From Candidatus Omnitrophota bacterium (lineage in GTDB: Bacteria; Omnitrophota; Gorgyraeia; Zapsychrales; Zapsychraceae), in contig JBFWOS010000002.1 of the NCBI GenBank assembly GCA_050250375.1, positions 453,149-517,148 of the forward strand: a stretch of 64,000 nucleotides of DNA, given 5' to 3'. The translations under genes were made by a program, and so were the position numbers. Below the pieces are notes generated by a model that worked only from the letters and a program-made list of their open reading frames with translations, was not told the origin of the DNA and did no database searches. Positions 18,765 through 31,400 of the stretch are shown here, piece after piece; within the stretch, counting starts at the first letter, position 1, and the number at the start of each line of letters is the position of its first letter.

Positions 18765-19424
18765 ATGGAGACAATGCGATCTCCGATTTTTCCTGTTTTC
18801 CGTCTTTTATTGTTGACCATCCTCCCCATGGGCGGGTTTTTGTTGAATTGTAACCCGGTTCATGCGCAGGAATCCGCTTCCCTATCCGAACGGCAAAAGC
18901 AGGTTGAGGCCTATCTGACTGAATTTGCCGCGGCGGAATTCAGGGCGGTTTATCCCCGGATTTACCAGGCATTAATCAATGCCCTGAACAAACTGCCGGA
19001 AGAAGTCTTTGTGGATGTTACTGACCGGGCGTCACCGGTCATCTTTATCAATTCGATTACCAGCGGGATCGCCCGCTACGCCAATTCCAAGGAGTTCTAT
19101 TTTAACGACGGTGATCTCCCGGCCCTTCAGGACGGTTTTTATCTGGTGATCCTGGGAGATGAATTGAATAATTCCGAACATGTCGGGGCGATTGAAGGGG
19201 TTATCCTGCATGAACTGGCCCATGATTTTCTCAAACATCTGCGGGCGCCGAAACATAACTGCGAGATGGAGCGTGAAGCGAACCGGCTGGTCAAAAGCTG
19301 GGGGTACGCGAAGGAATATGAGCAGGCGTCTGAAGCGTTCGGGGCCAAACATCCCGGTGACAGCCCCTGCGCGGATTATTTCCGCAAACAGGAAGAATTA
19401 AAGAATCAAAGCCAATCACAATAG
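18765..19424 (+). CDS. Exported zincin-like metallopeptidase
   Basis: Signal peptide (…VHA|Q); ILHELAH (HExxH) followed by EREAN. Confidence 0.7.
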   Translation: METMRSPIFPVFRLLLLTILPMGGFLLNCNPVHAQESASLSERQKQVEAYLTEFAAAEFRAVYPRIYQALINALNKLPEEVFVDVTDRASPVIFINSITSGIARYANSKEFYFNDGDLPALQDGFYLVILGDELNNSEHVGAIEGVILHELAHDFLKHLRAPKHNCEMEREANRLVKSWGYAKEYEQASEAFGAKHPGDSPCADYFRKQEELKNQSQSQ

Positions 19425-19484
19425 TGGAGTCCCACAAAGAGCGAACATCTCGCCGAAGCCGAACTCCCCTATCTTTTTGTTTTT

Positions 19485-22400
19485 TCAACGGATAAATGCA
19501 AGGTCGCGGGCGGAGGCGGAAGAAAGTTTCTGCCGGGTTATCTTTTCCATCGGGTAATCAGCGGACGACGGAGTCTTTTGCGGAACAGGTTTGCTCACCG
19601 CATCGGCCGGAGTTTCATCCGGCGTATTCAATCCTAACAGCAGGTACAGATTTGTCACCGGCGTGATATTGATGATCACCGGCTGGATCCCGTTGATCTG
19701 AGCGGGAATCATTGGCATCAGCCCGTTTTCGAACCGGATGTGTTCCCCCGTTTCTTCCAGACGCATATTTTTTGTATTAAAGTCGACCCCGCCCAGGTCT
19801 TTGGAAGTCATCGCTTCATCTGACCGGACCGTTTTCTTGAGTGCATCCGCCAGATCCCCGACGGTTGCGAACGATTTATGCCGGATAGTCAGGTGAGATG
19901 GCACAAAATCGACATCATGCCCTTCATAACCGATCTGAACAGTGACAGTAGTCCCCAGGAATTCAGCCATGGAGTTAAACGAAACGCTGATCCCTTTTTC
20001 CCTCAACTCGGCTGAGATTTTTGCCTGCGTGGCAGGTTTATACAATTCTTCCTGTTCGGATAAGACATCCGGAGTTGCCCCGTTTAAGTATTCGAGCAAA
20101 ACTTTATCGGCCGTCATCGCCTGGTCGGCAAACAAAAGATTTAATTCAACCGGGCTCACCAGGTGGTTGGCTTTCAACCAGATGTAAAAGGTCTGGTTGA
20201 CGACCGGCGCATCGTTCGGCTGTTCGAAATTGTTTGAAATTCCGGCAAACCGCAGGGATTCACCCAGGTCACGGATCAGCGCGCGGTTATTGATTTTCTT
20301 GAAAACCTCATGGACCATCGCCAGATTCAGCTGGACGATTTGTTCCTCAGTCAGGGAAACTTCCCAGACGGTATAGGCCAGTGCGGCGAGGATGTCCGTT
20401 TCGGAAATCTTGGAATGATCCAGGATTCCGGCCCGTTCATAATAATATTTTCGCATCAAGGTGACCCCGGGATCAAACAGGATTTCTTTTCCTTCCTGGT
20501 CGAGATAACTGCGGGTGGCATGTTCCAGATGAAAGACCGGCAGGGTGTGTGACGCGCCCCGGATCACGGCAATCTTTTTTCCGGGATATTGGATGTGCAG
20601 GTCACGGATCTGTTCGGTCAAGGCCATATCACGGCGGTAATGCAGGTCAGCGATGGATTGGATGGTTTCCTTAAAATGTTCAATGGCCGCGTCAGGGTCT
20701 CCGGTAAGGTTACGGACGGATTGAACGAGTTCCCGGTTCAATCCCAGCAATTGTTCCTTCCAGCCGGCTTGCGGCGCGCGCGATCCGGCAATGATCTTTC
20801 CGCTGTTTTCGATGGCCTTCAGGATAGTCCGCGGGGATTTGAACAGCGGGTCAGGAGTCTTGAACGATTGCAGCAACTGATCGGCGGTCATCCCGTTTTG
20901 GTCGGCGACGTTTTGATACTCCCGGCTCAAGGCGGATCCCTCGTCAATTTCTTCAAGAACAATAATATCCGCGGCCTGGACCGAATCGCGGATCTTGTCC
21001 CGGTGTCTGGCCATGGTCAGGTGATTGCCGTAAACAAAATGGACACTGTCCCGGTCTTCGGCCTGCATCGCGGAATCCGGATAATACGGCGGTACATTCA
21101 GCAGTTTATTGGCCAGATCGATGAGCGCGGCCTGGTTTAAATTTTTTCGTAATTGGATCAGATTGATAAAGGCGTCGGCCAGCCGGACAAACTCGGGAGA
21201 ATCACCCGCTTCCTGCTGGTCGGCAATGTCCTGCCCGGTAATCGCACGCGGACGTTCAGGATCATTGGTCTGAATAAGAAAATGGAAAAGTTCTCCGCGG
21301 GCCAGATTTTTCAGATACCGGCGGAACAACCGTTCGTTCGGCTGCAGGACCGTCATCCAGTGGTGCAGAAATTCACGGAATGGATCGCCGTTCAGGGAGG
21401 CGGAACGCTGGGTCGTCATAGCGCCGAAACGGTAAAGCTGCGCGGCCCGGCGCTGAATATCTTTGTCTTTGTTGTCGATCATGTTCGTAAACAGATAATC
21501 CAGTTCCGCTGCGATCAGAACCGGGCTGACGCGGTTCTTCCGTCCGTTTGACTCTTCCTTAAAGGCCGCGGCTGTCGAAACAACATTACGTTCCAGGTCC
21601 TGGAGGTTTTCGGCCAGCATCGACTGGTCGTCCCCAATCCCCAGTTCTTTCATGAACGCATTGAAGATCAGTTTGGCCAATCCCCGGAGATAAAAATCGC
21701 TGTTGAGATAAAATTTGAGTCCGGTCGCGTTTACGTGCTGCAGGGAAACGACCGTTTGGACGGATTCCGACCACCGGCCTTCTTCATCACGTTCAAAAAG
21801 AGGCAGAGTCTCGGTCGTGACCTTTAAAGGTGTTTTGGAGTTGCGGGTATTAAAATGGACCGTAAATACTTCTGCAAACCGGACAGAACGGTTAAAGTGG
21901 TTCTGCGCCTCTGAATCTGTTTTGAGTTTGTCCGGATTCTCTGTATAAATGATGACCCGGTCGATCTTTCCGGCTTTATTGGTTTTCCGGAAGGAATAGT
22001 CTTGCTGATAAGATTTCTGCACCGCGGTCATGACCGGGACAATGACGGATTCATAAAAATCGGCGGATTGAGATATTGTGGCGCGCGCGATTTCTCCCAT
22101 CATCGCATGATCTTTGATGCGTCCGTCGGCATCGAAAGTTACGACCTTGCCGGCGGCTTCAACGGATAATTCACCTTCGGACGCCAGCTGAATAGAGGCG
22201 ATATTCCGGGCAATATGGTCGACCATAAAATATCCGTCCTGCTTGAATTTATGGACAATGATCTCGCGCCTGTCCGCGTCCGGCCCTTCGCTGGCCTCGT
22301 AGATTTCCGCCTTGCGGATGCCCAGGGCGTTGGCCAGTTTCACGACCGCTTCCGTCGGGTTCATCCCGAGGCTGGTCAGCTCCATCACCATGATATTGTT

Positions 22401-25400
22401 TCGGGTGGCGATCGCTTCGATTTCGGCGTAAAGTTCTTTTTTGATCGCATCCATCGGGTCAACAAATTCGACAGTTTCTCCGGTCTTAATGTCCGGGTGA
22501 TTGCTGGCCGTGACTTTTCCGTTTTCATCCAGACGGACCAGAAAGTTGGACCAGGTGACGGCGCGCTGAACAGCCCCGCTGCGGTACCCGAGATCGTCCC
22601 CGCGGTTGTAGATTCGTCCTTCATCCGGATCGAGGTTAGCGCCGATGGTAATTCCTTTTATATCGGACTTGACCACATTGCCGTTGTTGATCACCAATGT
22701 GCCCAGCTTTTGTGTGCCGTCTTCGTTCAGGATTTCGATGGTCTCGTTGACCTGGGTCCGGGTGCTGGTCCGGATGACGGATCCATCGGTCTTTTTCAGG
22801 GTGATCTCGCGCAATTCACGGACGGTCAATAAATGTTTCAGCATCGCCTCCTTGGTGGAGCCCTTGACGCCGCCGAAGTTAACACTCATCCCGCTGACGG
22901 CGAGAATCCCTTTGGCGGCCAGTTTTGCCTCCATCCCTACAAAGGCGTTGTTGGAGCCTTCAATAATGATCAGCGGATCGCGTCCGGCGACATCGCCTTT
23001 ACCGCGCAGCAAGTCAATGGTTTTATCGTTGATCACCCCGCCCATCGCCGCCGGCACGAGCAGATCAATATCAACGATTTCCTTATTAAGGATATCCGTT
23101 CCGGCCAGATGCTCAACACCTATCCGTTCCGGCATCCATTGAAGGACGTTGCGGTCTCCCGGCTGGACATTGTTTAAATTTTGTAATTCTTCAAGGGTGA
23201 ACCCTTCGGGTTTGTAGACCGTCCCGTTGATGTCGGAAATGGCAACGACAATGTATCCCTCCCGGGCCAGTTTCAGGGCGATGGATCCGCCGACATCACC
23301 GGCCCCGATGACCGCCACTTTCAGTTTGGAAGGATCGAGCCCTTTGTAATTGATGATGGCCTGGATGCTGCTGAGGGTCGAATGTCCGGTCACGGCCAGG
23401 TCCACATGCGAGATCGCGCCGACACGGGCAGAACCGCCGGTCACCGCGCTGCCGATAATTTTCTGGATTTCGTCCGCCAGCTGTCCGGTGAACACTTTTT
23501 CCGGAATAAATAATCCGTTCTCGCGGCCGTTCGGTAAGGCCAGGATCAGCCGTTCGCGCATGCGTTCCATCAGGGAATCTTTAAGGAATAGGCTGCCGTT
23601 TTCGACCTCGATTTCTTTAAGGGCGCGTCCGTATTGGGCCAATGTCAGGCTGTAAAGGTCAACGCCGTGGGCCCGGAGCAGTTCGATTTCGTTTTTTAGA
23701 TGGTCCGTGTATCGTTTGATGATCCCGGCAATGATTGTTTCCTGGTTGGCGGAAGACATACCGACATCCGGGCCGCCGTCATAAACTTCCATCAGTCCGA
23801 CGTCGACCATGGCCGTCGCCCAGGCCTTGAGCAGGGTGTCCTTGAGCGGGAGCGCATCCTGGCTGACGCCGAAATAAGTCTTGGCCCCGGCGTAGCCGAT
23901 CCCGGCCAGGACATTTTTGGAATACTGCGAAACAGAGAGATTATTCAAATCGTTGTAAGCGCCTTTCATGATATCAAAGGCCACTTCATCCACATTGCGT
24001 TTGAGCGGATCATTGGCCCGGGCCACCGGCTCGGCGTAACGGATGCCGCCTTTGGTGTGGTCGGCCTTGCTGATGTCGACCAGCTGGGTGATCGCGTAAA
24101 AACGGTCTGGCAGATAAATAAAGATAATTTCTTTTTTGATTTCAATCCCGGTCATTTTGACGCCGTCGAAACGCAGCGCGATCGCCTCATTTTTTTCGCG
24201 CATGTTTATATCCGCGTTGGTCTGTTTGATCAGTTTGATCCCGCGTTCAAATAAAACCGTTAACCATCGGGTTTCGGCGCGTTCCAACATCCCCCGGATT
24301 TCTTTCTCCTTAACGTCCTGGTAAACAAAGCCGATCATGGCCCGCGCGATATCTGGATGGGCGACTAATTCTTTTCTGGCCTCAATGCTGTCGAACACCG
24401 GGCCCTTCCCCTGTTTGGATTCATAATGCGAAAGGATTTCCAGGAACTGCGTCGTTCCCAGCAGGATATCCCGCCGGGCCGCGGCGACATCCGGGATGGC
24501 CTGGTCCAGTCCGGAGCGGTTCATTTTTTGTTCGCGTTGGTCATGGATGTAACGGACAGCTTCGGGGTTTGTTTCCCGTTTTTTAGAGGCGGCCGCTTTA
24601 CCCAATCCCTGTTCTTCGATGGTTCCGGCTGTTTGTTCAGCCTCCGGCATTTGATCATCGGCGATCCCGATGCGTGAATAGAGGCTGGGTAATTGATGGC
24701 GCTGGAAGATCGACGGTGCTCCCTGCCGGACCTGCCGGTCATGGGCCTTTTCCGCGGCCACGGCCTGTCCGATGCTGATATCATAGGTCCCGCGTTTGGC
24801 GGATTCAAAACGGATATTCCCGTACCCGTCTTCGGTTTCCGACTCATTTTGTTCCTCAAGCCTTCCGAGCGCGTTAAAAATATAATGTTTGCCGTCCAGG
24901 GTAATCCCCAGGTCGCTGGCCACCACCAGGCGTTTGATGGCAATCTTCCGGGCCAGGTACGGCGGAAAGAAATAACCCTCGCGGTTCAGATGATCAATGA
25001 CATCGCTGATCACCTGGATAATATATGTGTCTTTAGAGTGTTCCAGCCGCTCTTTTTTGGCGGAGATCAGGTCGGCGATTTTTCTGGCGGCCTGGGCCGG
25101 TGTGAATCCCCGTCGGACGAGTTCCAGGACCATGGTGTTCATCCGGAAAGCGATCCCGGCAATATCGTTGTAAGCGGTCTCCTGGATTTCATCCAGAGGG
25201 TTAATAAACCTGACCGGCAATCCCGCCGGCAGTCCGGGATGATTGCTCTTGACGATGACATTGTCCTGGTTCTGGACGACCAGGTAATTTCCCCAGATAA
25301 CCGTGCGCTGGAGATTGGTCACCCGGTAATTTAAATCAATGCCGTGGCTGTGGACCCGTCCGGTGTTGATGTCAACCGACATGCCGACCACAAGATCCGG

Positions 25401-28400
25401 GATATTCGAACCGACCACGCGGCCGTTTTCGATGATCAGCTGGCCAGAGGCGGATTCACCGGTCAGGTCAACCTGTTCATTGATGACCGGGTTAGACTCA
25501 GCAACGATATCGGATTTCTCAGTCCTTAAAATGTAACGCTGTAATTGTTCAGAGGTAAAGCGGTGTTTGATAAAATCTTCTAGCCAGGACCCGTAGGCGC
25601 CGCCGAAACCGATGCTGGTGGACTTCAAAGCGAGTATGCCTTTTTCCGCGAGTTGTTTTTCAAACCCTTCAAATGAGTTAAAACCGGCTTCCAGATAAAT
25701 CAGCGGTTGACGTCCCGGCTGGTCGTTGTTCCCGCGCATTTTTGCGATATTGTTCGGGTTGACCGTCCGGCCCGGTGCGGCGGAAATAAAAATATCCAGG
25801 TCCACCTGGTCTTTGTCCAGGATCGCGCCGTTCGACAGATGCTGCACCCCGTTTTCTTCCGGCAGCCATTTCGTCACATTACGCTGGTTAATGTTGATGG
25901 ATTCCAGCCGCTGTAATTCAACGGTGCTGAAACCTTCCGGGTTGTAGACGGTGCCGTGGATGTCTTCAATCGCGACGACCTTGTAACCCAGGCGGGTCAG
26001 CATCAAGGCCAGCGAACCGCCGGTGGTCGCGCCTTTGATCCCGATTTTGGTCCCGTGTTTTTCCAGTTTCAAATAATCAATGATGGCCTCGACACTCATG
26101 GCCGTGCTGTACGCGGCCAGTGACCATTCTTTGAGGGAAATATCGTCTTCCTTTGTCAGCAGTCCGGTCGTTGCCGCGCCGATGGTGCGCGCGAGATCAT
26201 CTTTTAATTTTGAATTGAACAGTTTGACCAGGGATGTGCCGCCGTTCTGTCGTCCCAGCGGGGCGAGCGCCACCACCCGCTGGCGCAGGACATCGATCAG
26301 CGGTTCCTGTAAAAATTTTCCGCGGACGGTCCCCTGTTCCAGATCAGCCAGCAGACCGCCGTATTCCGTGGTGGTCAGGGAGCTGAGATTCTCGCCGACC
26401 TTGGATTTAATCATCTCCAGTTCATATTGCAGGTGCTGGAGGTAACGCTGGTTGATGGCTTCCGACAAGGTGTTTTGATCTTTCGCTGTCATGCCCGATT
26501 CGGTCCCGATCACGTAACGCGAAGCCAGCCCGGCATCGACCATCGCCGTCGCGAACCCCTTTAAATGTCTTGATTTGATATTGACCGCGTCCGGATGGAC
26601 CACCAGCACGGTTTTCGCCCCGGCGTACGGGGTCTGGGTGATCGTGTTGCGGTAATATTTGGAACGCGAGATCAGGTCGGTTTCCGTGTAGGCGTCTTTA
26701 AATATCTCAAACGCAGCCCGGTCGGATACGACAAATTTTCCGTGTTTGGTTCTTTCCTGCGGAATTTTGTACCTCAACCCGCCTTCCGCCAGATCACCCT
26801 TGCCGTCTTCATGGTCCACGATCTGGGTGATCGCGTAAAAATAACCGGCCTTATAAGTGAAGACGACCGCTTTCACCTGGGGGTCTTTGGTCAGGGATTC
26901 ACCATCAAAGACCACGGCCACCGGATCATCTTCTTGCCGGAGCACTGAATCAATGCTGGTTGACTTTATATTTTTAAATCCCAGTTCAAATAAAAGGCGC
27001 AGCCACAGCGTTTTGGTCTTTCCGATTTCAGCCAACACCTCGGCTTCAAGATTTTTGTCCGTCAGGTAACGGTTCAGGACAGCGGCGACCGCCGGGTTTT
27101 CCGCCAATTCTTTGCGGGCGGCGATGCCGTCGAACAATTTACCACCCTCCTTGTGCCCGAATATTTCTAGAAACTGGGTCGCGGCCAGTAAGACGTCGCG
27201 GCCGGCCGGAGTCACCAGGTCTTTTAATGCAGTGTCCAGACCGCTGCGGTTTTCCCTTTGATGACGGATATCGCTGATAAAAAGTTTTTCCGATTTGAAT
27301 TTATCGCCCGCCATATCCGGCGGACGTGAATCGTCTTCACCCAGCATCGCGAAATCCGGGGCATAGATCCGGGCGGCATCGGTGATGGAGATTTCCTGGC
27401 CGTCCTGCGTGCGGACCAGGAATTCATAACCGTCCTGGTGCGGGATGATTTGTAACAGGGCCAGGTTTGTCATTTCTTCGGTGTTGGCGCGCCGGATATC
27501 AATGCTCGTAAAAGGATGCATCTTACTTTTGTAAGCCTGGTAAAAATCATCCGGGAGCATATAAAGTCTTTTAGCCATTCCGGAAGCGGCCGGTTTGATC
27601 TCCGTCTGGATCACTTCCGGGCGCAGCGGATCAGCCACGATCTTGACGGACATCGCCTGCAGCATGGCCTGGCGGTTCACGAGCCACATGAATACCTCTT
27701 TAATAAAATCAAGTTCCACTTGCTGGGTCGGCAGTTTGTCTTTCGGGAATCCGAGAAAGGCCTGGGTGACTTCCTCTTTGTTCTTTAAAGTATAGGTCTG
27801 CACATCAAAATCACGGCTTAACGCGGCCAGGATTTCATAGATCAACTTTGGTTCGATCGGTGTATACCGTCTGGAATTATCGGACAACCAGAGGCTGAAC
27901 ATGCGGATGGGTTTTGGCGGATGACCAATATCATAAAATCCGGTAATACCGTTGTAATCAATATCCTTGTGGTTCGGGCTCAGGACCATGAGCATCTGTT
28001 CAATCGCTTCAATGTTCGCATGCAGTTCCCTGGCGGAGTATTCCCGGTCTTTGTCGATGCGGGACAGCATGGCCTGGTCCGCGGGCGTGACATTGATCCG
28101 TTCATTCGTCCGGTCGATGACGATTGAGAAATCTCCGTCACGGATGAACAATTCGGTGGCCTTGTCGTTCGTTTCATTTTTGATCCAGCCGAAGACCCGG
28201 TCATCCCCCCCGGCGGCCAGGATTTTACGCTGCAGGGTCCGGCGCGCGGACCGTCTTTGATCCGCCGTCCCGACCATGGCTTCATCCAGCAACGGTTCTT
28301 CCAGGACAACGATCCGGCGGATGATGGATGCGTCGAAGAAATGCCCGCCGACCGCGTGGATGGCGGTCGGTTTCATCCCGTCATTGAAGCGGTCAAAAAT

Positions 28401-31400
28401 TATTTCATTAGCGTCACCGAAAACATCTTCAATCAATAACCGTGATCCCCACAGCAACGCGACTTCAGAGGCTTCATCCGCGCGGTAAAAATCCGTGAGT
28501 TCGGCGAAAGAATTAAAATATCTTTTTGTGTACGGGCGTGACGGGTTCGCGTTGAACAGGTTAAACGGCAGGGCCAGTTCTTTGTTGTAAATCATATTTC
28601 TTAATTGGGGGTCCATCGGGCCGGCGGCTGTTTCAATCAGGTCGATGAACCGGCCCCAGTCAATCGAGTTGCCGATCAGATAAATCAGAGTCGCGAAAAA
28701 TCCGTTCGGGTAGTCCAGTTCCAGGCTGTCAACCGGCGCGTTCAGCCAGATCGTGGTGGTGCCGGCTCTGGGTGAAATGGTCAGGTGCTGGCGCAAACGG
28801 TTTGAGCGCTGCGCGAAAAACTGGATCAGGTTGTTTGAATCGTACGGCCGGCCGAAACGGTTTAAGGCCTCGACCATCATGAGGACCATCTGTTCGTCCA
28901 GTTCGGGAGAAATTCCTTTCTTTTTAACAAACTCGTCCCAATTATCCAAAAGCCGTTTCAGGTCCAGCGTATCACCCAGGGCAAAGGCCACAAACGACGG
29001 GTTCACGTGTAATAACCGGCCCAAATACCGGGTGTAATCACCCAGCATTGCTCCGTCGGCGCTGACGAATTCGACCGCGCCCAGCCCGATCGGGATATCT
29101 TCCACTTCATATTGGGCTTTGGAAAACGTGATGAAATAGACGTCTTTGGTCAGGCCGGCGGGTGTCAATAATGTCCCGCGGTTGCCTTCTCCTTTAGAAA
29201 TTATGATATCTGCCTTGTCCCAGGCCCGGACAAAATCCGGGGTGGCCCGGCGCAGGTCGGTCCCTCTGGTCTTGGACCCGCTTGAAATGACCCTGATCTG
29301 TCCGCTCGTTGCGTGTTTCCCAAAATATTGTTTGACTTCATCCAGGTACAATAAGGTCTTAATGTCATCGGCGGTGACATCGTTGTCCGCTTCCACGGCC
29401 TTTCCGACCAGGGTCACGGAGTGCCCGCCTTTGAGGATGAACAGGATCAAAGGCAGGTCATAAATATATTCAATGATGTTGTCAAAGAGATAAACCACAT
29501 TCTTCGGTTCCTTCTCCATCAATTCGGCGACCAGCCGGGACGTATCCCGCTGATGATACAAGATATCTTCATTCAGGTAGGACTGGATATATTCTTCAAG
29601 CGAACGCGGGTCGCCTTCCAGGATCCGTCGACGGAATTCGGTTGAGCTGGTGATGTTCCCCTTAAGAGCGAGTTCGACCGCGCGTAATCCCCTTTCATAC
29701 CCCCCGCGGCTTTGCTCGACATAGGCCTGCAGTTGCGGCAGGAATTCCAGGGCGATATCGAGGGCCTTGGTTTTATAATTCGACATCGGTTCACGCACGT
29801 TCGCCAATTCTTTAATATAGTCGTAGCCGACCTCTTCGATTTCACGCAGGGTCAGCTGGTTCAGACTCTCCCGGGACAGGAAGTTGTCCAGCATTTGGCG
29901 CGCGTTGCCGGCCGGTCTTTTTCCATGCCTGAGCGCGATTTCAAGATAACCCCTTAGATGTTCCTGGACCCTCTTGCGCACCATCGGATCGCCGTATAAA
30001 CGGCGGCCGGGAAGGTAATCACCGGGTTCCTGGACAAAGATCGGGCTGACCGGGTCCGTCCGCAGGAACGCTCGCAAAAATCCGTCATCGTTGTCCGTGG
30101 TGGTATCGGCTTCCATCGCCTGGTCGGCATGAATGATCACCCGGGCCTCGTCTAATAAACGCGTTCGGTCCAGGTAGGTCCGGCCGATCTTTTTTCCATC
30201 CACCTTGACCGAGACCCTCTTGGGGTCGCGTTTGCCGATGTTGAGCAGTCCCTGGACGGTTGTGCCGGGTTCGACAAAATAAACCCGCGCCTCTTTTCGT
30301 TCGTTGGTGATATTGATTTTAAATTTTGTTTTATGGCGGATGTCTTCTTTAATTAACGCAACGACGCGTGTTAACTGCCGGGCGGCCGCGGCATCCGGTG
30401 TCTCTGCGGAAAGGAGCCGGATGGATGTCTGAATTCGTTTCGCGGCGCGGATGAGTCCCGGTTCCACGTGCGCCAGGTCAAAATATTCCTGGTTGAGTTC
30501 CGTTAACAGGTCACGCGCTGAGATGTATTCACCTTCTTTAATTAATAATCCGATGCCTTCGATCCGCTGGGTGATGTCGTCGTCGCGGAATTCCAGGAAC
30601 AGGCTGGTCGCGCTGACCTTCAGGTGAGCGGCGATCCGGTCGATGTCTTTTAAGCGTTTGTCCAGCTGGGCAATGACGCCCTGCAGGTGGGCCTCGGCCC
30701 GTTTAAAATCGTCAGCCTCAATGAGCGTGATCACCGGAGCCAGGTCAATGGTGGCAAAGATTTTAGGGACGACAAATCCCCTGCCTGTCCACTGCTGAAG
30801 TTCACGCAGTTTTTCGATCATCACTTCCCTGTTATGCTGGGACAGGGGTGTTTTGCGTCCGCGTTCTTTGCGCTGGTCGGCTTCTTTTAATTTCTTCGCG
30901 TAATAGGTCAGGTCCGTTTTGTTTTTCAATACGACCATGTACTGCGCCAGTTCCGAAGCGATCTTTTTGACCTGGCCGTCAAACGCCTTGCGCAGTCCCC
31001 GGTACGGCACGTCGCTCCAGACCATCTGTTTGGGAAAATGGATATTCGCGGTCAGGCTTTCCACGCGTGATTTGATGTCGTCTTTGATCTCGCCCGCTTC
31101 CAGTTTTTGTCCCGGGGTCAGCCGGCTGATCACATCTTTTAAATCCTTCAGGTCCTGCGTGATATTTTTGTACCGTTCGAGTGTGACCAGATAATGCAGG
31201 CTGTACAGGCCGGTCAGTTCATCAATTTTTTCCAGCGCCTGGGCAATCTCGCCGCGGTTGGCTTGTAAACGGATCTGGTCAAGCCGGGTGTGCACATTGA
31301 TCGGCCGTTTCTGGCGGACCAGCACGGTCGGTTCATCCTGGCCGTCTTTTTCATCCACATCAATATCAAAAGTTCCGAGCCGGTAGGTCCTGACCCGGTT

